Below are positions 1 through 18,174 of a stretch of 64,000 nt of DNA, one piece after another. Location: the NCBI GenBank assembly GCA_964016885.1, contig OZ024740.1:252898001-252962000 (forward strand), in the 5' to 3' direction. The position numbers were made by a program, and so were the translations under genes. This DNA is from Eledone cirrhosa (Eukaryota). The notes beneath the pieces were generated by a model that was given only the letters and a program-made list of their open reading frames with translations, was not told the origin of the DNA and did not search any database. How positions within the stretch are numbered: the first letter of the stretch is position 1; every line of letters starts with the position of its first letter.

Positions 1-1052
1 ACTGTTACACATCCAGCGGAGCATGCAAGCTTCGTTCCTCTCTAGTCTGCGTATATCCTCTGCACACAATGCCCAGGTCTCACTGCCATGCAACATTGCT
101 GTTCGTATGCAGGCATCGTACAACCTGCCTTTCATTTTTAGGGAGAACCCTTTAGCAGCTAATAGTGGTATAAGCTCTCTGAACTTTTTCCAACCAGTTC
201 TGACTCTAGCTACAGTACTTTCAGAGCACCCTCCCCCACTGCTGATTTTATCGCCCAGGTAACGGAAGCTGTCCACTATTTCTATAGAACCCTCTGCGCA
301 ATTGAAAGAGCTAGTATTGTGTGGGCACTTGCTGCTACTTATTGCACCAGAACACCGGCCACATGTAAAATCTATGTTCTTAGTTAGCTTACCTGTGATC
401 CCACTACATCTTTTATGCACCCATACTTTGCATTTAGGACACAAAATGGAGTTTCTACCTACGCCTTTCCTACACACCGAGCACGACCATTTCCCAGAAG
501 GGACCGCCGCCTTGTTTTCTTTCCTACAAACTAGAACTTTGGTCTTAGCCAGGTTAATTTTAAGTCCTTTTGACTCTAGGCCGTGCTTCCATGTTTGGAA
601 TTTCTTCTCTAGCTCGGCCATTGATTCCGCTATGAGTGTCAGGTCGTCTGCGTATAGGAGTTCCCATGGGCCGCCTGTCTTGAACTCCTCTGTTATAGCC
701 TGAAGGGCAATAATAAATAGTAGGGGGCTGAGAACAGAGCCCTGATGGACGCCAACTTTTACGCTAAACTCTTCACTATATTCGTTGTTAATTCTAACCT
801 TGCTGACTGTTTCTTTATACATGGCTTGTATAGCCCTCACAAGCCATTCGTCAACGCCTAGTTTTCTAAGAGCCCACCAGATAATGGAGCGGGGGACTCT
901 GTCGAAGGCTTTCTCCAAGTCGACAAAAGCTAAGTAGAGGGGTCTACCTTTAGCTAGGTACTTCTCCTGTAGTTGTCGTACTATGAAAAGAGCGTCTGTG
1001 GTACTTTTGCCTGACACAAACCCGAACTGCATTTCATCTAGGTCAATTCTCT
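1..1052 (-). mobile_element. RTE-clade LINE (family RTE-B), 5'-truncated RT region running off the window edge
   Basis: Minus strand reads [25 protein letters not shown] and ELLYADDL; highly similar to ~26720-27770; 5' end abuts (TA)n. Confidence 0.9.
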
Positions 1053-1055
1053 CTC

Positions 1056-4811
<3,756 letters not shown>

Positions 4812-5046
4812 TTGTTATACTTTGGGAGGGTCATGTTGCCAATAAGAAACACACGCACCAGTTGCTTTCACTTCAATTTATTATATATTTATAAATTTAT
4901 AAATTTACAAATCCACAAATTTATTAATTTCTGGTTGGTTCCACAACCAGATAGTTGTTTAGATATAGTGATAGTCCTTTCGTCACACACTCTGTGACCT
5001 CTTCTTTTAAACTTAAAGAACAAAGAAAAAAAAAAAAGAAAAAAAA

Positions 5047-6265
5047 ACAATTAGAAGACAGCTTAACCCTGATAATGTACTCCCGCTTAACCCTGATAAT
5101 GTACTCCAGCTTAACCCTGATAATGTACTCCCGCTACGTAGATGATATAAACATCGTAGTTAAGACCCCCCCACTAGAGAACAGTCAGGAACTAGAGAAA
5201 AACACAATGGAAAGCATCCAGCAAATAGCAAACTCCATCCACCAGAGCATTAGAGTTACTATAGACTACCCAAGTAGACACCCCAACCATCGATTACCTG
5301 TACTAGACACAGAGCTCTGGTTAGATACAATTAACAACCAAAAACAAATCCTCCATTCCCATTATGCCAAACCCATGACTTCCAAACATCTGATCCACCG
5401 AAACTCGGCCATTTCGGACCATACCAAAATCAACGTACTGATTGCGGATTTGGTACGGGTGATGAGAAATGTGTCCCGCATGTGCAATCCCGAAGAACTA
5501 GATAGACACATACAACACTTCATCCACCGTATGCAGTTCTCTGGCTACAATCAGAGAGATAGAATCAGAGTGTATAGAGGAGCCAGAACCAAATGGGAAA
5601 AAATGGTAAATAATGACATAAATGGGACCTGCCCCTTGTATAGGAGCAAATTTTGGAATAGAATAGAAAGAACTAGGAACAAGGCCAATAGAATAAACTC
5701 ATGGTATGATAGCAATAAATACCAGAGTGTAATGTTCATCGACACAACCCCTAGAGGCGAACTAGCCTACAAATTTAGAAGGGCCCTAAATAAACATAAA
5801 CTCAATATTAAGATAGTAGAAAGACCAGGTACCTCCGTAAAAACACTTATTAGCAAGACATACTCGTTCCAAAGACCCTCATGTATAGATAAGAAATGTA
5901 TAACCTGTAAAATAAGCCCCCATATTAACTGTAAAACTAGAAATGTAGTGTATAGCATGAGATGTACTGAAGGACAATGTAGAAACAAAAATATAGTGTA
6001 CATAGGTGAGACAGCTCGTAGCATAGGGGAACGGATAAATGAACACTGGCGAGACCTTCAAGATAATAAAGAATCATCTGTACTCTACCAACATGCTAAG
6101 ATAGAACACAAGGGTAAATTAGAGAACATAGAAATAAAAATAGAATCTACACACAGAAAAGATGCAATGTTTAGACAAATTACAGAGGCAATAAACATAA
6201 AAGAATTACAACCAAAATTAAATAGAAAATATGAGAGGAACAGCAACATCACAACTTACAATTAA
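5047..6265 (+). CDS. PLE RT (motif C to thumb) + Cys linker + GIY-YIG endonuclease, 5'-truncated
   Basis: Track ORF 4955-6265: RYVDD, LPVLD, CIDKKCITC linker, NVVY...VYIGET, RINEH, LYQHAKIEH, RQITEA. Its first ~30 aa come from the inverted pLTR and filler. Confidence 0.88.
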
Positions 6266-6469
6266 GGACAAAATGAAAACACACACACACATAGAACAAA
6301 CAATCAACCAATAACATGTAAATAAATAAACAAATAGATAAATGAACACAAACAAACACAGACACCCGGATGTGGCACATGCGCAAACTGAGCACACAAC
6401 ACACACACAGAAACAAAATGGCGTAGGATAGAAGAAAGGAAAGGCACAGAAACAAAGAAAGGAATCCCC

Positions 6470-6514
6470 AGTCACTGAAGAGGTCACAGAGTGTGTGACG
6501 AAAGGACTATGACT
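6470..6514 (+). ncRNA. Minimal hammerhead ribozyme motif in the PLE-A pLTR
   Basis: agtca-CTGAAGA-g-gtcaca(gagtg)tgtgac-GAAA-ggac-TA-tgact. Confidence 0.8.
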
Positions 6515-6736
6515 ATATATAAACAACTATCTGGTTGTGGAACCAACCAACCAACCAGAAATTTATAAATTTGTGGATTTGTAAATTTATAAATTTATAA
6601 ATATATAATAAATCGAAGTGCAAGCAACTTGTGCGTGTGTTTCTTATTGGCAACATGACCCTCCCAAAGTATAACAATATCGGTTTCAACACACGATTTC
6701 AGATAAAGAATCTTGCTAAACAAATTCAGAAACGAA

Positions 6737-6739
<3 letters not shown>

Positions 6740-6809
<70 letters not shown>

Positions 6810-6848
6810 TAAATATATATATAAATATATAAATATATATATATAAAT

Positions 6849-6883
<35 letters not shown>

Positions 6884-6894
6884 CATATATAAAT

Positions 6895-6925
<31 letters not shown>

Positions 6926-6944
6926 AATATATATATAAATATAC

Positions 6945-6985
<41 letters not shown>

Positions 6986-6988
6986 TAC

Positions 6989-7027
<39 letters not shown>

Positions 7028-7030
7028 TAA

Positions 7031-7063
<33 letters not shown>

Positions 7064-7086
7064 AATATATATATATACATATATAA

Positions 7087-7127
<41 letters not shown>

Positions 7128-7182
7128 TAAATATATATATATATATATATACATATATAAATATATATATATATATATATAA

Positions 7183-7255
<73 letters not shown>

Positions 7256-7256
7256 C

Positions 7257-7287
<31 letters not shown>

Positions 7288-7288
7288 C

Positions 7289-7367
<79 letters not shown>

Positions 7368-7368
7368 A

Positions 7369-7443
<75 letters not shown>

Positions 7444-7471
7444 AATATATATAAATATATATAAATATATA
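6740..7471. repeat. (TA)n microsatellite with TAAA/TACA interruptions
   Basis: Direct reading. Confidence 0.97.
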
Positions 7472-7890
7472 TACAATATTAAATAAATGGAAAACTATAT
7501 TTATAAAACCATATTTATTTCATTATATATATTTCGGGGATATCATATTAACAATATGCTATGCCTTCATCAGACAAAATACAATATAAACAGTTTTATA
7601 GATAAATATATTCGACATACCGTAATAAACATCAAGTTGATGTTTATTACGGTATGTCGAATATATTTATCTATAAAACTGTTTATATTGTATTTTGTCT
7701 GATGAAGGCATAGCATATTGTTAATATGATATCCCCGAAATATATATAATGAAATAAATATGGTTTTATAAATATAGTTTTCCATTTATTTAATATTGTA
7801 AATATACTCCAAATATTTGTCGAGTGCTTTTATATCAGTTATAAATATTTACTAGTTGTAACCCAACAATTTTAAATATAACCTTACATG
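7472..7890 (+). mobile_element. Family B pLTR palindrome: 164-bp arms (7472-7635 / 7637-7800), 1-nt centre, ~90-nt 3' extension
   Basis: Track ORFs 7487-7702(+) and 7570-7785(-) are identical except at the centre codon; flanked by (TA)n. Confidence 0.9.
7691..7756 (+). ncRNA. Hammerhead ribozyme motif, family B
   Basis: tattttgt-CTGATGA-stem II (catatt/aatatg)-GAAA-t(atat)a-TA-atgaaata; 8-bp stem I with two G-U pairs. Confidence 0.75.
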
Positions 7891-10032
<2,142 letters not shown>

Positions 10033-10076
10033 ATGATGATGGCTGCCCCCTCGTTATCGAGTATGGCCATTGCACA
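10033..10076 (-). mobile_element. Extreme 3' end of an RTE-type element with (CAT)n tail
   Basis: Minus strand: ggccatactcgataacgagggggcagccatcatcat, similar to the 3' end of the short RTE derivatives (gtactcgaaaacgagttggcagccaccat). Confidence 0.55.
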
Positions 10077-10128
10077 ATAAAAAAAAATAAATAAATAAAT
10101 AAATAAAAAAAATAAAAAAAAATAAAAA

Positions 10129-10159
<31 letters not shown>

Positions 10160-10322
10160 GAAGAAGACGCACGAGGTGACGGAGGTCATGAAATCGCTCC
10201 CGTAAGTTTTGAATTTTTAACATATTTAAATCATTTGTGAAATAACAACTCTTAGTACAAATGCTACGTAAAGCACCCGGCTTGAGCCCCAAAAAATTCG
10301 GACCCAAAATATATTGTTATAA

Positions 10323-10982
10323 GGCTCAAATATTCAAATGTTCAACTTTGTATTGTACACTGTATATCCAAAAAAAAAATGGCTATAAATGGAAGAAGAA
10401 GAACCCCCCCCCCCTCCTCTCCTCTGGCTACACTATATAGGACAGCTAAACTCACCAACACCAGAAACTAGATACACCGCCCACCCCATCATCTGTGTAC
10501 ACTAAACACAACAGCATTTTCACCTTCACCGCCACCGCTCACTACGGCCATCATTGCCACCGCTGTCCCATCACCGCCGCCACCACCCCCTGACTCCTTC
10601 ACTGCTGCTGCCACCGCTACAGCACCATCACTACAGTAATACGGCTCAAATATTCAAATATTCAACTTTGTATTGTACACTGTATATCCAAAAAAAAAAA
10701 AAATAAATAAAATAAAATGGCTATAAATGGAAGAAGAAGAACCCCCCCCCCCCCTCCTCTCCTCTGGCTACACTATATAGGACAGCGAAACTCACCAACA
10801 CCAGAAACTAGATACACCACCCACCCCATCATCTGTGTACACTGAACACAACAGCATTTTCACCTTCACCGCCACCGCTCACTGCGGCCATCATTGCCAC
10901 CGCTGTCCCATCACCGCCGCCACCACCCCCTGACTCCTTCACTGCTGCTGCCACCGCTACAGCACCATCACTACAGTAATAC
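10323..10982 (+). repeat. Tandem duplication, units 10323-10642 and 10643-10982
   Basis: Both units run ggctcaaatattcaaat...ctacagtaatac and differ mainly in A-run and C-run lengths. Confidence 0.9.
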
Positions 10983-11553
10983 GGTCGCATCACCGCCACC
11001 GCTGCCTCGGTATCGACATCACCGCCACCACTGTCTCAGTATCGCCAACGCCGCTAGTCTCTGCTGGCTACCACTTCCACATTATAGAATTCCTACTACT
11101 AACAAAGAGGAAGGCATCAAAATATATAGATAGACTCAAAAGAAAAAAGAAAAAACAAACAACAAAAGCAGCACAGCAACAACAGTAAAAAACGAGAAAA
11201 ACAGAGAAAAACAAAAACAAAAAAAGAAACCCCAAAAACGTAAAGAAAATAAGAATGAAGAGAGAAGCAGGCGGACGGACAGAGAAGAGGGGGGGAAAAG
11301 TAAAACTTAAAAAACAAAAACTAAGTCGGACATTCGAATACTACATTACAATGAAACTTATGCTTATTCATTTTTGGGGCCCTTTCTGCCCGTGTGTTTG
11401 TTTGTTTATGTGTGTCCGTATACAGCGTGGTGATAATGCCACACAAGGGCCAAGTGGGATGGCGGATCCACAGATGGCTATGTAAACATACATTCGCCAA
11501 TCCTCGATAAGAGTGTTTAAATATCGAACATAAACAGTTCGAATAACGGTGAA

Positions 11554-14500
11554 ATGGAGACTAGAACGTCATGTGACAGACTCTCACCCAACAGGTGCCC
11601 CCTGGCTCAGCAGCAGGAACCTGACTGTCAACGAAATACTGCTGATGTTGGAGGAAGAAGAAGAAGGAAAGGGGCCAGAACCAACTGGACGAAAGAATTG
11701 AATAGAACTGTTATGCAATGCTACCTGAAAAGTAACCCCAAGGAGAGGGGCTACAGGAGACGGATGCATAACATCTGGAACGAGATTGGTTTATTTAAAT
11801 TAGATGAACAAAAATTGGCCGGGCAGGCTCGGGTAATAAGAACTAATGGGTGGATAAGCGAGCTGGAACTGGAGGAACTGAGCAGAGAGAATGGCTTGGA
11901 GATGGCGGGTGTAGTATGCCAGACAAGCGAGCCGGCGGGAAATGAAGGTGAGGAGGTCCTGAGAGCGAAGGAACCACCCGAAGCAGACAATGATCTGAAT
12001 ACTGAGATAAATAATACCTGGAACAGAGATACGGCCACTGAGGAGATGAATGCTGACGGGCTAGGACAAGATTCGGTTGACATCCTAAATTTAGTGGTAG
12101 ATGAGTTGAACAATGATAGTGGGAGACCTATGAACCTAAGATTTGTAGACAGGAAAAAGTTAAAAGAAACAACAGCTAAGGTAAACAAAGTCATCCCATA
12201 CCTTGAGGCGAGGAGTCTTCACCAGTGCAACAATATCCTCAAAGCAACAGCAAATACGGTGAGGAAACTACTTGGTATAAAAGCGAGAGGAAACAACAGA
12301 CAAGAAAGAGCAGAGCCGTGGTGGAAGAAGCGACTGAGTGGGCAAATCGGGGAAATGAGAAATGACATAGGAAAGCTTGAGTCACTACTGAATGGGACAC
12401 TAAAAAACATAGGCACTAAAAATAGACTGGAAATAAAATACAAAACTAGGAGTAAAAAGCTAAATATTATCATAGAGGAATTGAAGCAACGCATTGTAGC
12501 AAAGAGTGCCAAAATCAGGCGATACGAGAACAGAGTCAGTCAGTATAAACAGAACCGCATGTTCGACAACAACCAGAAGATGCTGTTTGGACAGCTTGAG
12601 GGGAAAGAAAGAGGCACCGACTTGATCCCTGGGGCGGAACAAGCTAAAACATTCTGGAGAGGAATATGGGAGCAGGATGTTAGACACAATGCCCAGGCAG
12701 GGTGGATTGAGACAGTACAGAGGGAGATCGGTGAGCAGGCACAGCAACAGACTGATTTGAGTATCACAGTTGAAACTCTTAAGGGGCAAGCCAAAAAACT
12801 AACCAACTGGAAATCGCCAGGCCCAGATGGTGTGCAGGGGTATTGGATTAAACATTTAACATCCCTCCACCCGAAGCTGACGGCCATGTTCAATGACTGC
12901 TTGGTGTCGGGTGAGGTGCCAGAGTGGTTGACAAAAGGTACCACAGTTCTGATAATGAAAGACCAAATCAAGGGTAATGATGTCACCAACTATAGACCTA
13001 TCACATGTCTGCCCGTAATGTGGAAACTGTTGACGAGCATTGTGTCTGAGGAAATCTACCATCACCTCCACACAAACAACTTGTTGCCGGACGAACAGAA
13101 AGGATGCCGAAAGAAGTCACGTGGTACAAAGGACCAGTTGCTTATTGATAAGATGGTAATGGGGAATTGCAGGAGGAGACACACTGATCTTGCCATGGGA
13201 TGGATAGACTACAGAAAGGCATTTGACATGGTGCCTCATTCCTGGATCACCAAAAGCCTGGAGATCTTCAGGGTGGCAGATAACATCAGACAGTTGCTGG
13301 GCAGGAGTATGGGGTCCTGGGAGACAGAGTTGACATCAACTGGAGTATCCTTGGGAAGCGTGAAGATCAAGAGAGGTATCTTCCAGGGAGATAGCCTGTC
13401 CCCTCTGTTGTTTGTCCTTGCCCTGATGCCCTTGACCATTATGCTGCGAAAAGTGAGAGCAGGATACAAGTTGGGAAGGGGAGAGCTTACCATCAATCAC
13501 CTCCTCTTCATGGACGACCTTAAGCTCTTCGGGAAAAGTGAGAAGGAGTTGGATGTGCTTGTTGACACTGTCCGTATTTTCAGCAGTGATATATGTATGC
13601 AGTTTGGTATTGGTAAATGTGGAGTCATTGTGATGAGGAGGGGTAGGTTGAGCAGAAGTAACGGGATCCAGATACCAACAGGTGAGATGATAAAGGAAAT
13701 TGACTCTGAGGAAGGATACAAGTATTTGGGCGTTCTGGAGGCTGATGGCATAAAGAACAAAAAAATGAAGGAATTGTTAAGAACTGAATACATTCGGAGA
13801 GTAAGGAGCGTATTGAAGTCACATCTGAACAGCAGAAATGCCATAAGCGCAGTAAATTCCCGAGCTGTGTCTATTATTAGGTACAGTGCGGGAATTCTGA
13901 GATGGAATGTTGCTGAACAAAAAGAAATGGATAGGAAGACTAGGAAGCTATTGACTGTCTACAACATGTTCCACAAGAGGAGTGATGTCGATAGACTCTA
14001 CCTAAGGAGATCTGAGGGTGGAAGAGGTCTTATCAGCATAGAGGACTGTGTTCAGATGGAGAAAAACAACCTATACAAATACGTGACCTATAGTAAGGAG
14101 CCAATGCTCAGAGCTGTACTGAAGGAGGGGACAGTAGGCCAGGGGATACCCAAGGAGGAAATAACATCAAGGAGGAAGAGCAGCCTTAAGGGAAAATCCC
14201 TTCATAGTACCTTCTTTGAGAAAACTGAATTTAGAGATCCACAGACATGGAACTGGTTGAGAAGAGGAGACCTCAAAAAGGCTACAGAAGGAATGCTAAT
14301 GGCTGCGCAGGAGCAGGCCCTCAAAACGAAGTGGTTGAAGCACCATATCTACAAGGAGGAGGCTAGCCCACTGTGCAGGATCTGTGGAGAGAGAGAGGAG
14401 ACTGTGGCTCACATTGTGTCCGAGTGTAAACACCTAGCCCAGACCCACTATAAGGGCTGGAGACACGATGTGATGGGCAGGGTGATCCACTGGCACCTGT

Positions 14501-14946
14501 GCAAAGTAAACAATCTACCACATTCTGAGAAATGGTATGAGCATAGGCCAGAGGCGGTGATGGAGAACAATCAGGTGAAGGTGCTGTGGGATTTTAGGAT
14601 ACAGACGGACAAAAAACTGGAACACAATAGACCTGACCTGGTGGTTGTGGACAAAGAAAAAAGATCGTGCCTGATTGTGGATGTGGCCTGCCCGTTCGAC
14701 ACGAGAGTGCAAGAGAAGGAGAGGGAGAAAATTAACCGATACCAGGACCTAAAGTGGGAGGTGAAAAGGATTTGGAACTGCCATGAAGTCAAAGTGATCC
14801 CGATTGTCATAGGCGCACTGGGGACTATCTCCAAAGGTTTCCAGGGATGGTTAAAGAAAATCGGCCCCTTCACGCTTTTTGGAACGCTTCAAAAGGCATG
14901 CTTGCTTGGAACGGCAAGAACCCTCCGATACGTCCTGAATATCTGA
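11554..14946 (+). CDS. R4/Dong-like non-LTR retrotransposon ORF (RT + CCHC + restriction-like endonuclease), intact, 1130 aa
   Basis: NWKSPGPDG, NYRPITCL, WIDYRKAFD, GIFQGDSLSPLLF, HLLFMDDL, YKYLG, CRIC..ETVAHIVSEC, RHD, RPDLVV..DVACPFD..K..Y; ~70-nt 3' UTR ending in (AAT)n at ~15020. Confidence 0.93.
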   Translation: METRTSCDRLSPNRCPLAQQQEPDCQRNTADVGGRRRRKGARTNWTKELNRTVMQCYLKSNPKERGYRRRMHNIWNEIGLFKLDEQKLAGQARVIRTNGWISELELEELSRENGLEMAGVVCQTSEPAGNEGEEVLRAKEPPEADNDLNTEINNTWNRDTATEEMNADGLGQDSVDILNLVVDELNNDSGRPMNLRFVDRKKLKETTAKVNKVIPYLEARSLHQCNNILKATANTVRKLLGIKARGNNRQERAEPWWKKRLSGQIGEMRNDIGKLESLLNGTLKNIGTKNRLEIKYKTRSKKLNIIIEELKQRIVAKSAKIRRYENRVSQYKQNRMFDNNQKMLFGQLEGKERGTDLIPGAEQAKTFWRGIWEQDVRHNAQAGWIETVQREIGEQAQQQTDLSITVETLKGQAKKLTNWKSPGPDGVQGYWIKHLTSLHPKLTAMFNDCLVSGEVPEWLTKGTTVLIMKDQIKGNDVTNYRPITCLPVMWKLLTSIVSEEIYHHLHTNNLLPDEQKGCRKKSRGTKDQLLIDKMVMGNCRRRHTDLAMGWIDYRKAFDMVPHSWITKSLEIFRVADNIRQLLGRSMGSWETELTSTGVSLGSVKIKRGIFQGDSLSPLLFVLALMPLTIMLRKVRAGYKLGRGELTINHLLFMDDLKLFGKSEKELDVLVDTVRIFSSDICMQFGIGKCGVIVMRRGRLSRSNGIQIPTGEMIKEIDSEEGYKYLGVLEADGIKNKKMKELLRTEYIRRVRSVLKSHLNSRNAISAVNSRAVSIIRYSAGILRWNVAEQKEMDRKTRKLLTVYNMFHKRSDVDRLYLRRSEGGRGLISIEDCVQMEKNNLYKYVTYSKEPMLRAVLKEGTVGQGIPKEEITSRRKSSLKGKSLHSTFFEKTEFRDPQTWNWLRRGDLKKATEGMLMAAQEQALKTKWLKHHIYKEEASPLCRICGEREETVAHIVSECKHLAQTHYKGWRHDVMGRVIHWHLCKVNNLPHSEKWYEHRPEAVMENNQVKVLWDFRIQTDKKLEHNRPDLVVVDKEKRSCLIVDVACPFDTRVQEKEREKINRYQDLKWEVKRIWNCHEVKVIPIVIGALGTISKGFQGWLKKIGPFTLFGTLQKACLLGTARTLRYVLNI

Positions 14947-15019
14947 GGCTGCAGGTAGTGGCTTGATATTCAATCCAACGGACTTTCCAGTTAACCAACA
15001 TCAATGACTGAGATTCAAG

Positions 15020-15050
15020 GAATAACAATAACAATAATAATAATAATAAT

Positions 15051-15087
<37 letters not shown>

Positions 15088-15238
15088 GGGAAAAGATATA
15101 TATATATATATATACACACATATATATACATATATATACACATATATACACACACACATACATACACATACATACATATATACACACACACATACATACA
15201 CATACACTCACACATATATACACACATACATTAATAAC

Positions 15239-15272
<34 letters not shown>

Positions 15273-15351
15273 GCAATAATAATAATAACGACAACAACAA
15301 TAATAATATACATATTCATATATATATACACACACACGCACGCACATAAGC

Positions 15352-15391
<40 letters not shown>
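15020..15391. repeat. Mixed (AAT)n, poly-A, (TA)n and (CA)n tract
   Basis: Direct reading; includes the R4/Dong tail and the RTE (GT)n tail. Confidence 0.9.
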
Positions 15392-15399
15392 GATAGCAA

Positions 15400-17970
15400 C
15401 TAACAGTGCTGCGATCGAATGTGGCTTTTTAGCCCAGCCAATGATCTAAAATGTCTTGCACAGAGTCGGCAACCAAAACATTTACTGGGAATAATCGGCT
15501 GTGGTTGGAGTTCGTGTACTTTTGCATGTCGCTTGAGTCCTCCTGCTGATTTACATTCTCTACCACATGTTTGGCAAGCATGATGAGTAGCATCTCCAAC
15601 AGCAGCCTGGTAGTCAACCACTGGTCTTACTTTATGACTGCGAAGATGACTTTCGAGTCCAGCTTTGCTTAGGCAGAGTCTCGCACAGACGCTGCATGTC
15701 AGAAACATAGGAGGACCCTCGCCGTCTGGAAGTGCAACAGCAATACCCTTCCTCACGTCCCGCTTTACTTTCTCGTGTGCGATTCGAGATGCCTCAAAGG
15801 CAACTTTTCCCTCATATACAGTCTTTCTCCATTTATTACGATCAGCAGCAATATTTTCCCATGTATCAGCAGAGATGTTAGCGTCTTTCAGAGAGGCTTT
15901 CAAGGAATCCTTATACCTCTTTTTTGGTTTATGTGGCGGTCGTTTTCCTTTAACCAACTCTCCATAGAAGAGTTGTTTTGGTATTCTAGAATCCTTCATC
16001 CTGGCAAGGTGACCACTCCAACGGAGTCGCTGCTTAAGCACAAGAGCTTCTATACTGTCACACATAGAGCTTTCCAAAATCTCGACATCACTGATGTGGT
16101 CCCTCCAGTGAACGCCATGTATCCGTCTGAGACACATCTGATGGAAACGCTCCAATTGCTTAAGGTGGCGTCGATATGTGACCCAGGTCTCGCAGGCATA
16201 AAGAAGACAAGAGAGTACACATGCCCTGTACACCTTTACCTTTGTCCTCCTGCATATGTCTCGCCGACCCCAGAGTCGCCTTTCTAGCTTTCCGAAAGCA
16301 TCACTTGCTTTCCTAATCCTAAGTGAGATTTCACTGTCAAGGTTGCCGTATCGATTGACAGTGCTTCCCAGGTAGACAAACTGATCAACCACTCCAAGTC
16401 GTTTGCCATACACATAGATGTTTGGTTCAGTGTACTGCCTACCAGGTGCAGGTTGGTACATGACGACGGTTTTCTTGAGACTGACAGTCAAACCCAGGGC
16501 AGTGCAAGCGTCAGAAAATACATTCAAAATGTGCTGCATATCACTCTCTGTGTGCGCTACAAGATCGCAATCATCTGCATACAAGAGGTCTCTTATGACT
16601 GATGTAAATACTTTTGTCTTCGCAGCAAAGCGCCTGATGTTAAATATGCTGCCTGAGGTTCGATATCGGATGTAAACACCATGCTCGCAATTCCTGAATG
16701 CAATACAGAAAACCATTGCAAAGTATATGGCAAACAGGGTCGGTGCTGGAATATCCCCCTGTTTCACTCCATTTTTTACTGAGATAGGCTCCGACATGTT
16801 ACCTCCGACATTAACCCAAGCCTTCATGTCGTCATGGAAAGACCTAACTAAAGCAAGGAACTTATCAGGGCAACCAAGTTTCTGGAGAACCTTCCATAAT
16901 GCATCTCTGTTGACAGTATCGAAAGCCTTTGTCAGATCGACAAAAACCTGATACAGATCCAAGCCCTGTTCAATGCACTTCTCCTGGAGCTGTCTAGCTG
17001 AGAAGATCATATCAGTAGTGCCGCGTCCAACACGAAAACCAGATTGACTTTCAGGAAGGACACAATCTGCAATGTGTGTCAGCAGACGGTCCAGAAGCAC
17101 CCTACATAAAACTTTCCCCACGACAGAAAGCAATGATATACCTCTGTAGTTCCCACAATCATTCCTGTTACCCTTTCCCTTGTACAAGACCACCATTACT
17201 GCATCTCTCCAGTCCTCAGGCACGGATTCATTAGCCCATATCCTTCCAAACAGAGAGTGAAGATGTTGCAGGAGTCTCTCACCACCATATTGTAGGAGCT
17301 CAGCATGTATGCCATCCATACCTGGAGATCTTCCACTGTTCAGCTTCGAAATAGCCACTGCAACCTCCACAAGTGTCGGAGGTTCTGCGAGAGCTACTTT
17401 CACAGGACTTTCCGGAATGAGATTGAGGAAATCTTCACTGACGACAGACGGCTGATTCAAAAGATCATCAAAGTGCTCTCGCCACCTTCGTAGAATTCCC
17501 TGTGAGTCACGAAGAAGTTCTCTGCCATCCTTGCTGCGAATCGGTGTCACCAGAGAAGAAGACGGTCCATAAACCTCACGCAAGAGACTGTACAACAGCT
17601 TTGTGTTATTGCAATCAGACGCAGTTTGTATCTCACCAGCCTTCTCACTCCACCACTGATCCTTCATCTGAGAAAGACTCCGCCTAACACGTGATTTTAC
17701 ATCCCTGAGCTCCTCATGCAACGTATTCCTCTCCTGTGGTTTTGCCGTCAAGTAGCGTGACAGAGCGCGCCTCTTATCAGCCAACAAGTCATCTATATGC
17801 ACATCTTTCTCATTAAACCAGTCCTGATGTTTTCTCTGCACCAATCCCAGAACACGTCTGCCTACATCATAAACCGACTTTTTAAGGGTCGGCCAATCCT
17901 CACCAAGATCTGCAGCCTGCATCTCTTCTTCCAATGTCCTCTTCACATTTTTATCCTTAAGACGAGCAGC
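15400..17970 (-). CDS. RTE-clade LINE (family RTE-A) RT with three C-terminal C2H2 zinc fingers, 5'-truncated (no APE)
   Basis: [35 protein letters not shown]; fingers CSVC..H..H, CQTC..H..H, CRLC..H..H. The track N-terminus (17970-18054) is microsatellite. Confidence 0.92.
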   Translation of the reverse strand, partial: AARLKDKNVKRTLEEEMQAADLGEDWPTLKKSVYDVGRRVLGLVQRKHQDWFNEKDVHIDDLLADKRRALSRYLTAKPQERNTLHEELRDVKSRVRRSLSQMKDQWWSEKAGEIQTASDCNNTKLLYSLLREVYGPSSSLVTPIRSKDGRELLRDSQGILRRWREHFDDLLNQPSVVSEDFLNLIPESPVKVALAEPPTLVEVAVAISKLNSGRSPGMDGIHAELLQYGGERLLQHLHSLFGRIWANESVPEDWRDAVMVVLYKGKGNRNDCGNYRGISLLSVVGKVLCRVLLDRLLTHIADCVLPESQSGFRVGRGTTDMIFSARQLQEKCIEQGLDLYQVFVDLTKAFDTVNRDALWKVLQKLGCPDKFLALVRSFHDDMKAWVNVGGNMSEPISVKNGVKQGDIPAPTLFAIYFAMVFCIAFRNCEHGVYIRYRTSGSIFNIRRFAAKTKVFTSVIRDLLYADDCDLVAHTESDMQHILNVFSDACTALGLTVSLKKTVVMYQPAPGRQYTEPNIYVYGKRLGVVDQFVYLGSTVNRYGNLDSEISLRIRKASDAFGKLERRLWGRRDICRRTKVKVYRACVLSCLLYACETWVTYRRHLKQLERFHQMCLRRIHGVHWRDHISDVEILESSMCDSIEALVLKQRLRWSGHLARMKDSRIPKQLFYGELVKGKRPPHKPKKRYKDSLKASLKDANISADTWENIAADRNKWRKTVYEGKVAFEASRIAHEKVKRDVRKGIAVALPDGEGPPMFLTCSVCARLCLSKAGLESHLRSHKVRPVVDYQAAVGDATHHACQTCGRECKSAGGLKRHAKVHELQPQPIIPSKCFGCRLCARHFRSLAGLKSHIRSQHC

Positions 17971-18174
17971 ATATATATATACATATACACACATATACAT
18001 ATATACATATACATATACACATATACATATACACATATACATATACATATACACATATACATATACATATATATATACATATATATATACATATATATAT
18101 ACATATATATATACATATATATATACATATATATATACATATATATATACATATATATATACATATATATATAC

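Larger units (their letters stand above)
4812..6739 (+). mobile_element. Penelope-like element family A, copy 1: inverted 5' pLTR (4812-~5003), 5'-truncated RT+GIY-YIG body, 3' pLTR with ~60-nt extension
   Basis: 4812-5003 is the reverse complement of ~6478-6677; ORF motifs as in the next feature; flanked by (TA)n. Confidence 0.92.

Noticed and set aside
11377-11470. HDV-like ribozyme upstream of the R4/Dong ORF (ggccctt/aagggcc pairing)
   Set aside because: No P1.1, P2 or J4/2 could be placed in the required order.
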